Part shown: positions 48,577-60,983 of the stretch, one piece after another
Layout of the letters: each line of letters begins with the position of its first letter
Numbering within the stretch: the stretch's first letter is position 1
From: Azolla caroliniana
Taxonomy: Eukaryota; Plantae; Polypodiophyta
Length of the DNA: 64,000 bases
Assembly (NCBI GenBank): GCA_043228905.1
Contig: JBHGNT010000013.1
Coordinates: 8,990,001 to 9,054,000 of the forward strand
Direction: 5' to 3'
The notes under the pieces: generated by a model
Told to the model about the DNA's origin: nothing
What the model saw: the letters and a program-made list of their open reading frames with translations, nothing else
Database searches by the model: none
Translations under genes and position numbers: made by a program

Positions 48577-49696
48577 GTTACCAATGGACCGCTACTTGGA
48601 CACATAGAGAGCAAAGAAGGAATTGTAGTGGATTCGGATAAAGTGAAAGTAATTTTGCAAGCACCTACGCCAACAAACACAAAGGCCTTGAGCCGATTCT
48701 TGGGGCAAATCCAGTGGCACAGCCGGATGCTCCGGTACTTGGCGGATTTCGTCAGTCCGTTGCATTCAACAATACATAAATTACCATTCCAGTGGATGGA
48801 GCAGGAGGATAAAGCCTATCAAGCACTCAAAGTCATGCTTTCACGGGCACCGGTGGTACAACCTCCCAAATGGACAAAGGATTTTCAAGTATTTGTAAAT
48901 GCGTCAGACGTAGCCATCGGAAGTGTCCTAATGCAACTCACGGAGCCGATGGTATCAACCGATGTATTACACGAGCAAGAAACTTTCCAAAGCCAAGTGA
49001 AATTTTTCAACAATGGAAAGAGAAGCTCTGGGGATGGTTTATAGTGTAACAAAGTACTGACACTACTTGTTAGGCCGGAAATTTTCATTCCATGTGGACC
49101 ACTCCGCGTTAGTCTATCTGGTATCAAAGGCGTCACTATTGGGGAAGCTAGCAAGGTGAACCTTATTACCAGCACTACTTGTTAGGCCGGAAATTCGACA
49201 TATATCATAGGCCTGGAGTGTACCATGTAGTGGCAGATTACTTAAGCCAGTTGGTATCCGGAGAATCTGGTGACGGGGTCCGCGACGAGTTCCTGGACGT
49301 GGAGTTGTTCAAGGTGATCGTGGATAGAATGGTCGCTGGAGAAGATAAATGGCTCACAGACATGCATCAGTTTTTAAGTATCGGATTACCTCTGGAAGAG
49401 TGAAGTCGGGACGAGTGGAAATGACTTGCGGTACAAAGCCGACATTTTTGTTTGGTGCAGGACAGACTATATCACAAGGGAGCCGACAGAATCTGGCTAT
49501 GTGCAGCCAGGAATGATGAGAAAGAAGCGGTATTACGTGAGGCCCACTGCGGAGTTGTCAGAGGAAACTATGTTGGAGATGCTACAGCCTGGAAAATATT
49601 ACGAAGTGGGTTATGGTGGCCGACTACCCTCAACGACGCAGTCCGATACTGCAAGGACCGCGACTTATGCCAAAGAATGGGGCAATCAACGGAGCA
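48577..49696 (+). pseudogene. Degenerate Athila-like RT/RNase H/integrase fragment, right part
   Basis: ALSRFLGQIQWH, DVAIGSVLMQLTEP, LREAHCG..GLWWPT; paralogous to 37360-38490. Confidence 0.88.
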
Positions 49697-50174
49697 TTTC
49701 GTCACGAGTGCAGAGCCCATTTCGGCTCGGTCTTCTTTCTCGGCGAAGTGGGATCGGTGACACCTATTTGCATCGCCTATTTGCAACACCTTTGGTGTAC
49801 AACGTCTTGTTGTTAGCGTACATACTTGTCGATGTAACCGTGTGATTTTCTTCAACGAGAATGGAGATACACAATGAATAGACAACACAATCACTTGATT
49901 CAAAATAAGAACACTCTGTACATACAATGTGCTTAGTGAGCACAATTTTTACATGTCCTCAGAAGGATTGACATGTACTTTAATGTTCATAAATGAGTTG
50001 CTGATACTAACTCCCAAAATCATTCCTTCGAGGAATATCAGTCTCAATGGCCTGTTGGCTCCCCGTCGATCCGGCCTAGCTAAACAGTCTCCATCTGATT
50101 CGGCTCTCGGCTAACCAATCTGGCTCTTAGCTTCTTTTGTCGATCCAGCCCAAGTTGAGCTTGCTCGCTCAACA
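49697..50174 (-). mobile_element. Deleted copia fragment: partial LTR fused to late gag
   Basis: Minus strand starts TGTTGAGCGAGCAAGCTCAAC (copia-1/2 LTR start); gag peptide LVEENHTVTSTSMYANNKTLYT at ~49790-49860. Confidence 0.75.
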
Positions 50175-51357
50175 TCTACACCTTACCATCTCCTCCACAA
50201 ATTGTAGTTGCTTTTAAAGGCAACCAACAAATTGTTCTTGATTTTTGTATTGTTCCTAGAATGTGTCAAAAAATTTACTACTATATCATTCCTAGAAATC
50301 TCGAGAATGAACTAACAATGATCAATTACATTTACTTGGAGGTTTAGAACATCGTTACTAATGATATTTTTGACCCCTAGGAATGTTAACCGTAAGAATA
50401 TTCGGGGACGCATAAGGGTATGTGTAATGATGTGGTTGATGTGTATGTGTAAAGTAAATGAGTGTGTGAGGATGAGTATGTGTATGGACACATGCACAAC
50501 TTTGTGCATGTGTACAAGAATGCATAACGGTCTTATTTATAATGGTCATGCAATCGTTACATTTGATGTATTATATAAACCCCCTATGGGGTATGTCATG
50601 CATAACATTTTTTCCCCTCTCAATTTCCTATTTGTCTCTCTCTCTAGCTCTCTCTCACTATCGTAACCCCCTTGGGAGGGGGGTGAAGCCTAGAACACTT
50701 TTGGCACGCTTGGTGGGACGACCCTCCCTTGAGAAGAAGTCATGTCTCCCTCCCTTGCTCTCCCTCTCCAACAGTAATCTCTCTCTCTCTCTCTCTCGTT
50801 GGATCTCCGTGTGGTGTGTGTGTCTCTCTCCCCAAATTCATCGTTTCATTTTCATTTTTTTCATTTTTGGGATGGAAACCCTAGACCCTCAGAAGAAGTA
50901 GTGAACAAGAAACGTAGCAACAAACTGGAAAAAGGAGAAGAAGGGAAATGGAAGAAGATGAAGAGGTAGAGCCTTTCTTAGAGTCTTGCACTATTCTGAG
51001 GATGAAGATGAAACCCTTTCAAATCCTCTTATCATGTTGATGCCATGATCCTCTTTTTTCTCTGTCTCTATCTCTCTTTCTGTTTCCCTTTTCTCTTGCT
51101 CTACCAGAGAACGAATCTATCCATCCATCCATCCATCAATGGAAGGCTTCAATCATGAGCACCAACCGAAACGGAAACGGAAGCAGGAGAAGCAGCGTCC
51201 GCTCGACTTCTACGTGATCACATGCTTCTCCTGATATCTGATCACAACTTCTCGGTTGTCATCTTCCCTTGGTATTAGCTTCCAGGGCGCTCTCAAGCTC
51301 GACCAAGACATCTGCATCGGTCTCTCATGCTTCTGTGTCTGCGTCGACCATCCACAA

Positions 51358-51960
51358 CCCGAATGATCGAGTGAAAGGTCCATGGAGCCCCGACGAAGAC
51401 GCGGCTCTCCATCGACTAGTTGAGAAGTATGGAGATGGAAATTGGTCTCTGATAAGCAAAGGAATACCTAGTCGATCAGATCGGGCCATAGAAGCTCACG
51501 TGGGCTACCATAGCTCGATTACTCCCTAGTCGCACAGACAATGCTATCAAGAACCATTGGAACTCTACTCTTCATCGGCGTTGCCCTTTTTCCTCATCTA
51601 CCTTCTCTGTGAAGAAAATCCTTTGCTGTGTGCAGAAAACAATAGCTCTACTCCTTCGGTGCTAAATACAGAAGCCTTCTCTCAAGCTTCAGCTTTCCAT
51701 GAATAGAAAAAAAGAAGTTTCATGAAAGTAGAAGATGCAATGAGCCTCATCAGTATTGCCATTAAAGCTGTAGTTTCTCATGTTCTTGCTCCCATTGTTC
51801 TACCACCACCTCCTCCTCGTCATAATGGTAAGACCAATGATGATGATGAAAATGATGAGAACAATGAAGATGACGATCTTCTTTGTAGTTTGAGTGAAGG
51901 TTTAATGGCGGCAATGAAGGAAATGGTAGCAAAGGAAGTTCACACATATATGGCCACCTG
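51358..51960 (+). pseudogene. Captured R2R3-MYB (subgroup 22, MYB44/73-like) with internal deletions
   Basis: R2 start DRVKGPWSPDEDAALHRLVEKYG..NWSLISKGIP; R3 end [27 protein letters not shown] (51501-51581); C-terminal GLMAAMKEMVAKEVHTYM resembles the S22 motif. Confidence 0.85.
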
Positions 51961-52834
51961 TTCTCTGCCATTTCATGGCTATCCAAGCCCTCACATCAAC
52001 AACCAAGCCCTCACACTGAATCATATGAGGCATCTACACCTCAATCCAAAAAGAAGATACATTATGCTCATCAACGGATATGAGCAGAGCCATCATCAGC
52101 AACAACTCCATCATCACCACTACAGCCAGCTCCAGCAATAATTGCATCCGTTCTCGAGAGCTCTACTCCTAGCATCAATGGCAAGGACGATTATAACATT
52201 TTCAGCAGAATGGTCCTTGAGATCAGCACCACAATCGCCGTTGCTGCCATCGTCACTGCCGCAATCGTCGCCGCCGCCACAATCCGCTAGAAGTGAAAGG
52301 CAAGAATATGAATGGAATCACGAAGAGAGGGGCATTTAAAAAGCGCGAGGGCAGATTGCAAAATTTCAATTTTGGAGGGCATCAAACCGAATTTCAGAAG
52401 TTCGAGGGCAGATGACAGAATTTCAAAAGCTCGAGGGCAGATGACAGAATTTCAAAAGCTCGAGGGCATGAGACTAATTTTCAAAATTTGGAGGGTAGAA
52501 GGGAAAATTTCGAAAATTCAAGGGCATAAAATAAATTTTTTAAAGAAAAACTTGAGGGCAAAATTTTAAAGACCAAAGGGTAAAAAATATAAAACTCACT
52601 TCACATGATAAAAAAAGAATACACAAATGCACAACACGATTTCACAACCCATGCCACATTGAACTAGTCGATTGGTGTATGATCCAATTGCGACTTTTGC
52701 TGACCGAACGAGAAGGTTCGAGTCAAGCAAAGCTCCGATTGAAGTTATTGGTCGTAGAGCAATGATCCGGTCGAGGGATTTCCAACCATTGAGACATACG
52801 ATGGAGTTCCAATCGAGAAGAGTTGCCATGGTGA

Positions 52835-52876
52835 GTGGGTTCACCGTGTAATGCACTATCCCACAGGTGTGCCATG
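52835..52876 (+). other. Second tRNA-Arg 3'-end-like motif (inverted PBS) in the PPT position
   Basis: GTGGGTTC-ACC-GTGT-AAT-GCAC-TA-TCCCAC-AGGTGTG-CCA-TG|TGTTAC. 52833-52876 is 35/44 identical, ungapped, to 42980-43023. Confidence 0.8.
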
Positions 52877-53648
52877 TGTTACCCGTAAGAATATACGAAC
52901 GAGGACACATAAGGGTATGTGTAATGATGTGGTTGATGTGTATGTGTAAAGTAAATGAGTGTGTGAGGATGACTATGTGTATGGACACATGCACAACTAT
53001 GTGCATTTGTATAAGAATGCGTAACAGTCTTATTTATAACAGTCATGTAATCGTTACATTTGATGTAATATATTAGCCCCCTATGGGGTATGTAATGGAT
53101 AACATTTTTTCCCCTCTCACATTTGTGTCATTTTCCTATTTGTCTCTCTCTCTAACTCTCTCTCACTATCATAACCCCCTTGGGAGTTCTAGGCTTCACC
53201 CCCCCACCCCAACAACAAGGAGATCCAGGTTTATTCTAATAACCTGGATCTCCATCTCTAGCTGTATTTTCCACTCGGGATCCAAAGGCCCCTCCTTTTC
53301 GAGCTCATGTTGAGCAACCTCAATCTTGTTCCTAATTGTTGTCACTACCAATGTGAACTTGCTTTCCATGGTAGCAACCAATGTTGCTTTCTCTAAGGTA
53401 GACTTTGTTGCTTCCAATGTCTCACGGGCTTCATGAACATTTTTCAACATATCACTAATCAATGTTTCACCTGTATCATTGACATTTGCTTTCACATTGT
53501 TTTTGTGTGGTGTCTCCTTCCGGATTTGTTTAGAGTCGACAGTTGCATCATCAACTGCCATGCTCCAAAATCACATCATCTTATGTTGTAGGTTCCCCAA
53601 CTTGCGGCATTGTTCTATCGATGCCTCACCTGCAAGAGCCCATGCTAC

Positions 53649-54255
53649 TGTTGAGAATCGACCAACCACAACCAGTTTCTTGTATATATATTCGGGTGCA
53701 AAGAATTGAATAAGATAGTGTGTAGACAGCAAAACAAAAACGCAGAAGACAAAAAACACACGATATTTTACTTGGAAAACCTGAAAGGGAAAAACCACGG
53801 GAGTCCACAGACTCCAAATTGTATCACTATAATAAGAATCTCAAGGTGCCGACCTTGAGTTCTTCTTCGTCTAACTTAACACTATGGAAGTTACTCACCC
53901 TCCCTCTCTCACACTTTGTCTATCTCACTTAGTTACAAAGGCAACTACCCGCGACAACTATACAACTATAATGATCATATTATCACAATAATGATTGCCC
54001 TAGGTGTATATATACTAATACAACATTCAAGGCTATTTACAAATATGGCCCACAAAGGGTATATTTAGACTATTTACAAATATAGTCTCCCGAATTGACT
54101 TCGATCGATTCGGCTAATAACCAAGTCGGTTTTTTATCCATTGTCGATTTGTCGATTTTTCCGAAATCGCTTTTCGCCTTCGGTCGAGTTTACCTATTGA
54201 CTCCATTCCATTCGTTTCACGTTCTTCCTATCCGGAGGGACCTGTTTTCCCAACA
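53649..54255 (-). mobile_element. Solo LTR (copia, Tnt1/Tork-like)
   Basis: TGTTG...CAACA termini; TSD GCTAC/ACTAC; minus-strand CCCGTGGTTTTTCCC..GGTTTTCCA motif shared with the copia-3 LTR. Confidence 0.85.
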
Positions 54256-54827
54256 ACTACCTTGTACAATTCACGGTTAGTTGTTTCCTTCATTGTTTGT
54301 CAATATTCATAAGCGAATGCTCTAGTGAATGCAAGTTACAATTCATTGTTGATCGGGATCTCTTGATGTACTTTTTGGTGAAGCCTCATGGAGTCCTCAT
54401 ACAACTACGATGGTATGTGCTTCAACTTCAACTTACCTTTCACCCTAGTTACTTTATAGACTGACAACCGGTCTATATCACTAATCAATTTATCTTTTAG
54501 CACTGCAGGGTCAATACCCTCTAATGAGAGACCATATATCTGGTTGAAATTCTCCTTTGTCTTGCAAAACTTTGCAAAGTTCAACACCTTGGGATAGGGA
54601 GGAATGACCCACCTGAATTAAAAAATCGATACGTGTTACCTCTATTGGGACATGTGTTACTCAATCACATCTTACCACAACCAGAATTCAACCCTAATAA
54701 TTTAGAATCATTCTAGAATTGATAAAATACAATTTGATTCTAAACAAATATTTAAGCCTACCAAAATCATAAATGACCCAAATATGCATAGATTCTAATT
54801 CTACGAAAATCAGATATGCATGTTATC

Positions 54828-55095
54828 TGGTTAGAATGTCTATCTACAACAGATATGTTTTTCTACCATACCCACAAATGTTTGGTTAGAATGTTTGTCT
54901 GCAACAGATAGGTATTTCTACCATACCCACAAATGTTTGGTTAGAATGTTTGTCTACAACCCTACTATGAAATTTGCTGACAGACATTCTAATCATTAAT
55001 TTGTTGCTTCCAAAATAAACCCTAATCAGAAATTTCTTGTTAGAATGTTTGTCAACAACCTTACTATGAAATTTGCAGATAGACATTCTAATCAA
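54828..55095. repeat. Short direct and inverted repeats of GTTAGAATGT(T/C)TGTC..CAAC
   Basis: Direct copies near 54830, 54884, 54940 and 55038; inverted GACATTCTAA near 54982 and 55082. Confidence 0.65.
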
Positions 55096-58000
55096 AAAGT
55101 TATTGTTCCTTCCAAAATCAACCCTAATCAGAAATTAATACAACCTGATTCTTCTCACATCAAACCCTATTCACATCGATTTCAGAAATAAACAAAAACT
55201 CACCTATTAGACTGTGATTTCCGCGACATCCTCGTCTGTGACGCCAATGACTTCGCACTAAACATAAACATATAAATCTATAATAAGACAGTTAGAGGAA
55301 AAGAAATAAACATGTTACATATGTAAGTATATAAGTTGTATTTGATGCAAACCTTGATGAATAGGGAACTAATTGTGTGTTGGTGGTCTGATGGCACAAT
55401 GTTGATTTCTGAGATTTCGTGTTGTTGTAGGTACTTCGTTTGCGTTTGTAATCATAATGCTCCATTTTGTTTGAATTTTGGTGTAAAACTCAGGATTGGA
55501 AGGGCTTTGGGGACATTAAAGTCGAGTTTACATGAGTGCATTGTTCCCCATGTTCCACTACGTGTGTGATCCCAAATTCCAAATTTTGAGTATTCCCATA
55601 TTTACCTCACCATAATAAATCATATGTATTTAATTAATAAATCAAACAAATTTCGTAAATGATCCTTAAGATTTTCCCACAAAAATTTAGTTAAACAAAT
55701 AACTAAATAGCGTTGGTCATTTTAGCTACATGTTAGCTATAATAGTGTTTCCATTCCCATGCTTTCACCTGAGTGTATATCATGCATGCAGTGTGTGATT
55801 GCCATTTGGTGCACATGTGTTTATTTGTGATGTATGAAAGCCATGTTTACGTTATTCTTTCAAGTGAAATGTAACTATTTAAAATTGTTTTCATCTCGTG
55901 AAGCAATTGCTTTACGACAAGGCTATGTACAATAGATACTTAACAATCAAGCCCTATTGGATTAGAGACATTGTATAGTATATTGAATACCAAAGAAATA
56001 TAATAAAATTCTATTGTTGTTCATGATTGTGTCAACTCTCTCCCTATTATCTATTAAGTAAATGATGAATTGATTAAATAATGAAGTATTTAACATTACA
56101 TATATTCTAAACTAGGGGTCAACGACTAACATGTTGAGCATCTTTCATACTTGTCACCCAAAGGCTAACCAAGTGTTGCACACAAGTTTGGAACACCTTC
56201 CTTGCATGCGTAGTTCATAGCCAACTCTCGGTCACCCACCTTTAATACATATAAATGGCACCAATTACAGGGAGTCTACTATAGTGGATTATAGGGGCAC
56301 ACTCCAACCAACTAGGATTTCCACTTGCCCACTTCCATTGGTTCAAGTAGTTCCACTTTTGGGAAGATTTGATTCTAATTTATTCCCTTCTATTTGTTGA
56401 AGGATGAGGATGATATGTGATTGTAGAATTTGTTAGGAATCTAAAACTACTTAATTTCACATAAATACATCATTGAATCGTTTTGAGAAATATTAATCCA
56501 CATTCAATTAATTTTGACTCTGCATTCCTTAAATTTAAGGTGTTTGATTGTTTTACTTTGTCTAGAACAATGCACCCTCTTAGATAAGTATTTCAAGGAG
56601 CATCCTTTGTATCACAAAGACATTTTTCAAGGTCACACTTGCCACTAGTATTAATATTTTGACACTTATATATACCCTCGAAAAGAGAATTTTGTTCTAG
56701 AAATGTTGGTTCACTTTTACATACATTGAGTAAGATTGGAAAGTTTATTTTTACTATGGATAACCCTTTCTTATGAAAAGAAACATCACCAAATTTGATT
56801 TTGAATTGCACTTAGATCCATATTGATGCATAATTAGAGAGTTGAGATATGTGGTTAATATTATCATACTAAATGAACTTAATCATGTATCTAGTCTGAC
56901 GTGGTAACTTGAATGTGATGCATGATTGAAAGAAAATACTAGCATAATTGCATATAATCATCTCAATTAGTGAACAATGGACAATGTTTCTTGCATACGT
57001 GAGTATTTATGGTTTACTATATTTAGTATATTACGTATTATATATTCTTGAACTATTGTCTCCAAAAACTATAATAATTAAATTCCCCACATATTAAGTA
57101 TGAACACTAATGATCCATGGGTTAAGAATAATCTTGGGGGTTCAAGCTGGCTTTAGTTTGGTTTAGTAAGAGCTTTTATCTTTACTTCACAATTTCCAAT
57201 TTATTTAACTACACAACCTGTCTTAAACGTCTTTAAAATAGTTTGGGGGAGATTTGAAATACTTCTTAAATATATAATTATGTAATATGTATTGTGGAAT
57301 TTTAGCCCTAACAATTCTTTTAAGTTTTGGTTTTCTTTTGAGTTTTAAGAAAAATAAATCCTTTAATAGTTTAGTTCGAGCTGAAACTGAACAATAATTT
57401 ATTGATCTCTTGAACCTTTTGATTTGAGCTTCAAAATTCATCAAACAATTTGGTTTGAATGTCTTGGCTCGATTTCATTTCAGTCTCCAAATTGTAATGG
57501 TTTCATTTTAAATATTTTGAGTTTGAAACTATCAAACGAAACCAAATCGTTGCCAGTTACTATTAATGTGAAATGTGAACTTTTTTTTACTTTTTCCGAA
57601 TCTTCTTAGGTAAGTGAACTTACTAGTGTGATAGAAGAGGGAGAAGCTTGGATTTAATTCCTAAAGTGTGGGACTACTTGTTTTCCGCAAGACACAAAAC
57701 TTGTTCATGTTAGTTTTGTTTTATGAAAGACAAACAACTAACGAAGTTATGCGGAGTCATCGCCCAACTTCACTTCACGCGTGTGTCTCCGAGTTTCTTT
57801 GAGAAAGATTGTGTAATCAATAGACATGGCTACCGGAGCAGGAGCAGAGAATGGCGTGAAGAGGAAATGGTGAGTAGGAACATCAGCACGGTGAGGAGCG
57901 CCCGCGTTGGATAGTTGTGTGTCGTTGTCCAAGATCTCGCGCAGTGGCTATCGCAGGAGGGAGTCTCGGCCGCTCGTCAGTGGTTGTCGGCTGCACAGAG

Positions 58001-58437
58001 TGCATCAAATGAGTCTCCCTACCCCTACAGTGTCAGGGAATCACTTTGAGGAGACGTTGTGAGGCAGGGAAGATGCGAAAAGTGAATGACGGTGTTCCTA
58101 AAAAAGGAAAGGCTTCCTCCCATCGTCCTTGTTGGCCTTCGCTTCCCTTGTGGCAACAAACCTCTCGTCGGATCGCACGCTTGAGATCGGGACAACCAGG
58201 GAAGGCACTAGACAGGTCTGCAACATTGGAGGCTAGAACATTAGGAAGGCGCCACATGCTCATGCCACATTCCCCAATCAACGAGTGCGACAGAAATCTT
58301 TTGGAGATGGATATGCTCAACCTTCCTCCAACAGACATAGTTGGAACAGGTATGGATTCGTACCCCCTAGCTGAAATACTAGGTACAAGTATGCATCCAG
58401 AACCGCAGAAGAGGAGTAGATAGGCGGGGGGCTGACC

Positions 58438-60180
58438 ATGGCACATTCCGAAATGAACACCAAGGAAGGCTTGGGCAATGTCTTGATAGTAAAGGAGAAT
58501 AATGACATTGGCCAGGTTCAAGAGAAGCAGGTGGAGGAGGGCATTGATGAAAGAAAAGGGATCGACCTTTATCTTTCTCCGGCAGAGAATCGAAGATTGA
58601 TGGAAGAAGTGGGCCGTTTAAAGTGTTAATCGTTCATATGTTGGTTCTTAGGAGGACGACCAAGTAAAGGGATGTAAAGGGACATGTTGCAGGCAACCCT
58701 TTTGGATAAAATGCCGCCTATCCAGAACATTTTGAGAATGGGCCTCAACTATTACCATGTGATCTTAGAAGAAGGCCATGATGTGCAAGAGATTCTGGAC
58801 CACAAATGGATTACACTCAAGTATGGCAAAGCCATGATTTTGGAATGGAGTCTAGACTTCGATGCAAAGGAAGAGAATAAAAAAGTGGGCACACCGATGG
58901 TCATTTCAGTATGCTTCCCAGACCTACCCTTCCAACTCCACCATTTGATCCCAAAGCTTGCACACAATATAGGGGTGGTATGTACAACGAAACCTTCATT
59001 TGCAGATAAGGTAGCAGAAATGCCCAAGATGAAGGTGTTGGTTAGTGACATTAAAAAACTACCATCAAAGATTAGAGTCCACACGGAGGACTTTGGCCTA
59101 AGGGTGGTGAAGGTTGGTTATGAAGGCTTGCCGGGTCAATGCTTTGCATATAAGGAGATGGGCCATATGGCCAAACACTGCCCCCTGTATGGGAATGCAA
59201 GAGCGGATAGGGGACAGCAAGACAACAAGTTGCCAGATATCCCAAATTCAGGGACAACAAGCCACATGGTCCTGGTTCACAATGGGAAGCAAGTAGAAAA
59301 GGAAAAAGGATGGATATCGCCGAGGAAAGTGGCCAAGCCTGACCTCCATGGTCTTACCGGCCCACCTACAAGTGGAGGTTCCATTTCGAATAGATTTGAC
59401 ATCCTATCACAAATGGAACACCAGGAAGGCGAAATAATTTTAGCAACTCCATTTGATTTACTGCCACGAGTCGAGACCCACGAAACACTTGTAGAGCCCT
59501 TTGAGGGCCGTGGCAGTAGATCTTCATCAGACCTGAGAATGGTTAAGGCCTGGATCAGGAAAGGGAAGGACAAGGAAAGTGAAGTGGACATTAGGAATAC
59601 TGAATCACAAAAAATGATCGCACGGATTGAGGTTGGAAATCCCTCATCTGTGGATGTTGAGTTTGTTATGTTGCAAGCATTGAGGATGCAAGATAAGTAG
59701 GTACCCAAGATCGTGGTGAACATTGGTAATCCAAAGGGAAGAGTGCACGGGTGGACTAGAGTACACATGGTCCTCTTCAACAACTCAGGTAGACCGGAGA
59801 CTGGTTGTTCTTTTGACTTGGAGCCGGATTTGAAAGATGAAAGGGGAGAAGACTCGTCCTTGAAGTCGTTTTGTAACAGGGCAACATTATGTCTCCAATA
59901 CCTTACATTTGAAAATGAGGCTGTGGGGTTGCAAACATTATGGAAGAGCTCCTCGATACAAGGGGAGCTTATGGAACTTGCTCAAGATGTTCCAGTGGTT
60001 TGCATATGGAAGGTACAGGATCTAGGGTTGAAGCTTGGTTTGTTCCACTTCCATTGTGCTGAAGTACCCAAGAATCAAGAATGGAAAATAAGTATGGAGT
60101 GGGAATTTATATGGTGTATGGTGGAGACATATTTGTCGAGCATGGGAGACTCCCCCTTGGCTTTTTTTGTGAACCCAAGT
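58438..60180 (+). pseudogene. LINE ORF1 (RRM/DUF4283-like region plus degenerate zinc knuckle)
   Basis: YEGLPGQCFAYKEMGHMAKHCP and FPDLPFQL motifs; stops at 58627, 58675 and 59698. Confidence 0.75.
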
Positions 60181-60182
60181 CA

Positions 60183-60983
60183 ATGAGAATTTGTTCTTGG
60201 AATGTGCAAGGACTTGGTGGGTCTCAACATCAGCTAGAGAAGTGTCTGTTTAGGAGAGAATGGGAAGTTGATGGCCTTTGTAAAACGATTGATATTTTGC
60301 TCTTACAAGAGCATCACCTTGGCCGAGAAAGAACGAAAATTTTCAAAGACCCGTTGCTAGGGGATTGGTACACATGGTGGGCTCCTGCTCATGCCATGTT
60401 AGAAAGGAGAGGTGGAGTGTGTATTTCGGTGAGGAAATCAGCGGATATCACCACCTTGGATCATGGCATATTGATCGAAGGTAGGGCCATGTTCTGCTAC
60501 TTGGAATGGAGGAATGTAAAATTTGGGGTGCTAAATGTCTACGCACCTAACATTAGTATTGAGAGGACCTCATTTTGGAGACTGTTGGCAAAAAAAATTC
60601 CCTCCTTCGACAATTGGATAGTGGCGGGGAATTTTAACATGACAGAGAGAGTGGAAGATTTTCTTGGGGCTCATTCGAACTTGCTACAAGGGGAGGAGCT
60701 TAGAGCGTGGGGTTTCTTAATTTCTATGTTGGGAATCCAGGATTCATGGTACTCTAGTATGGCTGTTGAGGTGAATTCCTTGAGGTTCTCACGATTTAGC
60801 TGGAAGGAGAGTGAAGAATGTCACTCTAGATTGGACCGCATCTATGTGAGCCCCGAGATAGAGGAATGGGGTGGCTACTCATCCATTCTAGCTGGTTTTA
60901 CATATTCGGATCAGCTTCTAGTATCCTTGACTTTTGAACCTATTTATAAGAAGAAGAGTGAGAGCAATTTGAGGATTCCTCCG
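60183..60983 (+). pseudogene. LINE ORF2 APE-type endonuclease
   Basis: SWNVQGL, LLLQEH, NVYAPN, AGNFN, SRLDRIYVS, SDQ motifs. Confidence 0.9.

Larger units (their letters stand above)
50384..53217 (+). mobile_element. Non-autonomous LTR retroelement carrying captured gene fragments
   Basis: LTRs 50384-50697 and 52877-53217; PBS TGGCACGCTTGGTGGGAC at 50702 (tRNA-Arg type); TSD AGGAA/AGGAG; no gag or pol. Confidence 0.88.
50312..54612 (-). pseudogene. Degraded ORF of unknown, probably transposon-associated protein, split by the solo LTR and the MYB-carrying element
   Basis: The reading continues across both insertions (ELYKVV|AWALAGEA; IRINLD|FLGVKNII). Possible splice acceptor TTTTTTAATTCAG at ~54613. 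Confidence 0.5.
57800..60983 (+). mobile_element. L1-clade LINE, 5' part, interrupted by an LTR element at 60984
   Basis: ORF1-like and APE endonuclease coding in tandem; the 5' boundary is approximate. Confidence 0.85.

Noticed and set aside
51269-52141. Functional MYB gene
   Set aside because: R2 and R3 are fused by a deletion and frameshifted, and the sequence lies inside an LTR element.
55400-57700. AT-rich spacer examined for genes, TIRs or Helitron ends
   Set aside because: Only short ORFs with no recognisable motifs or paired termini.
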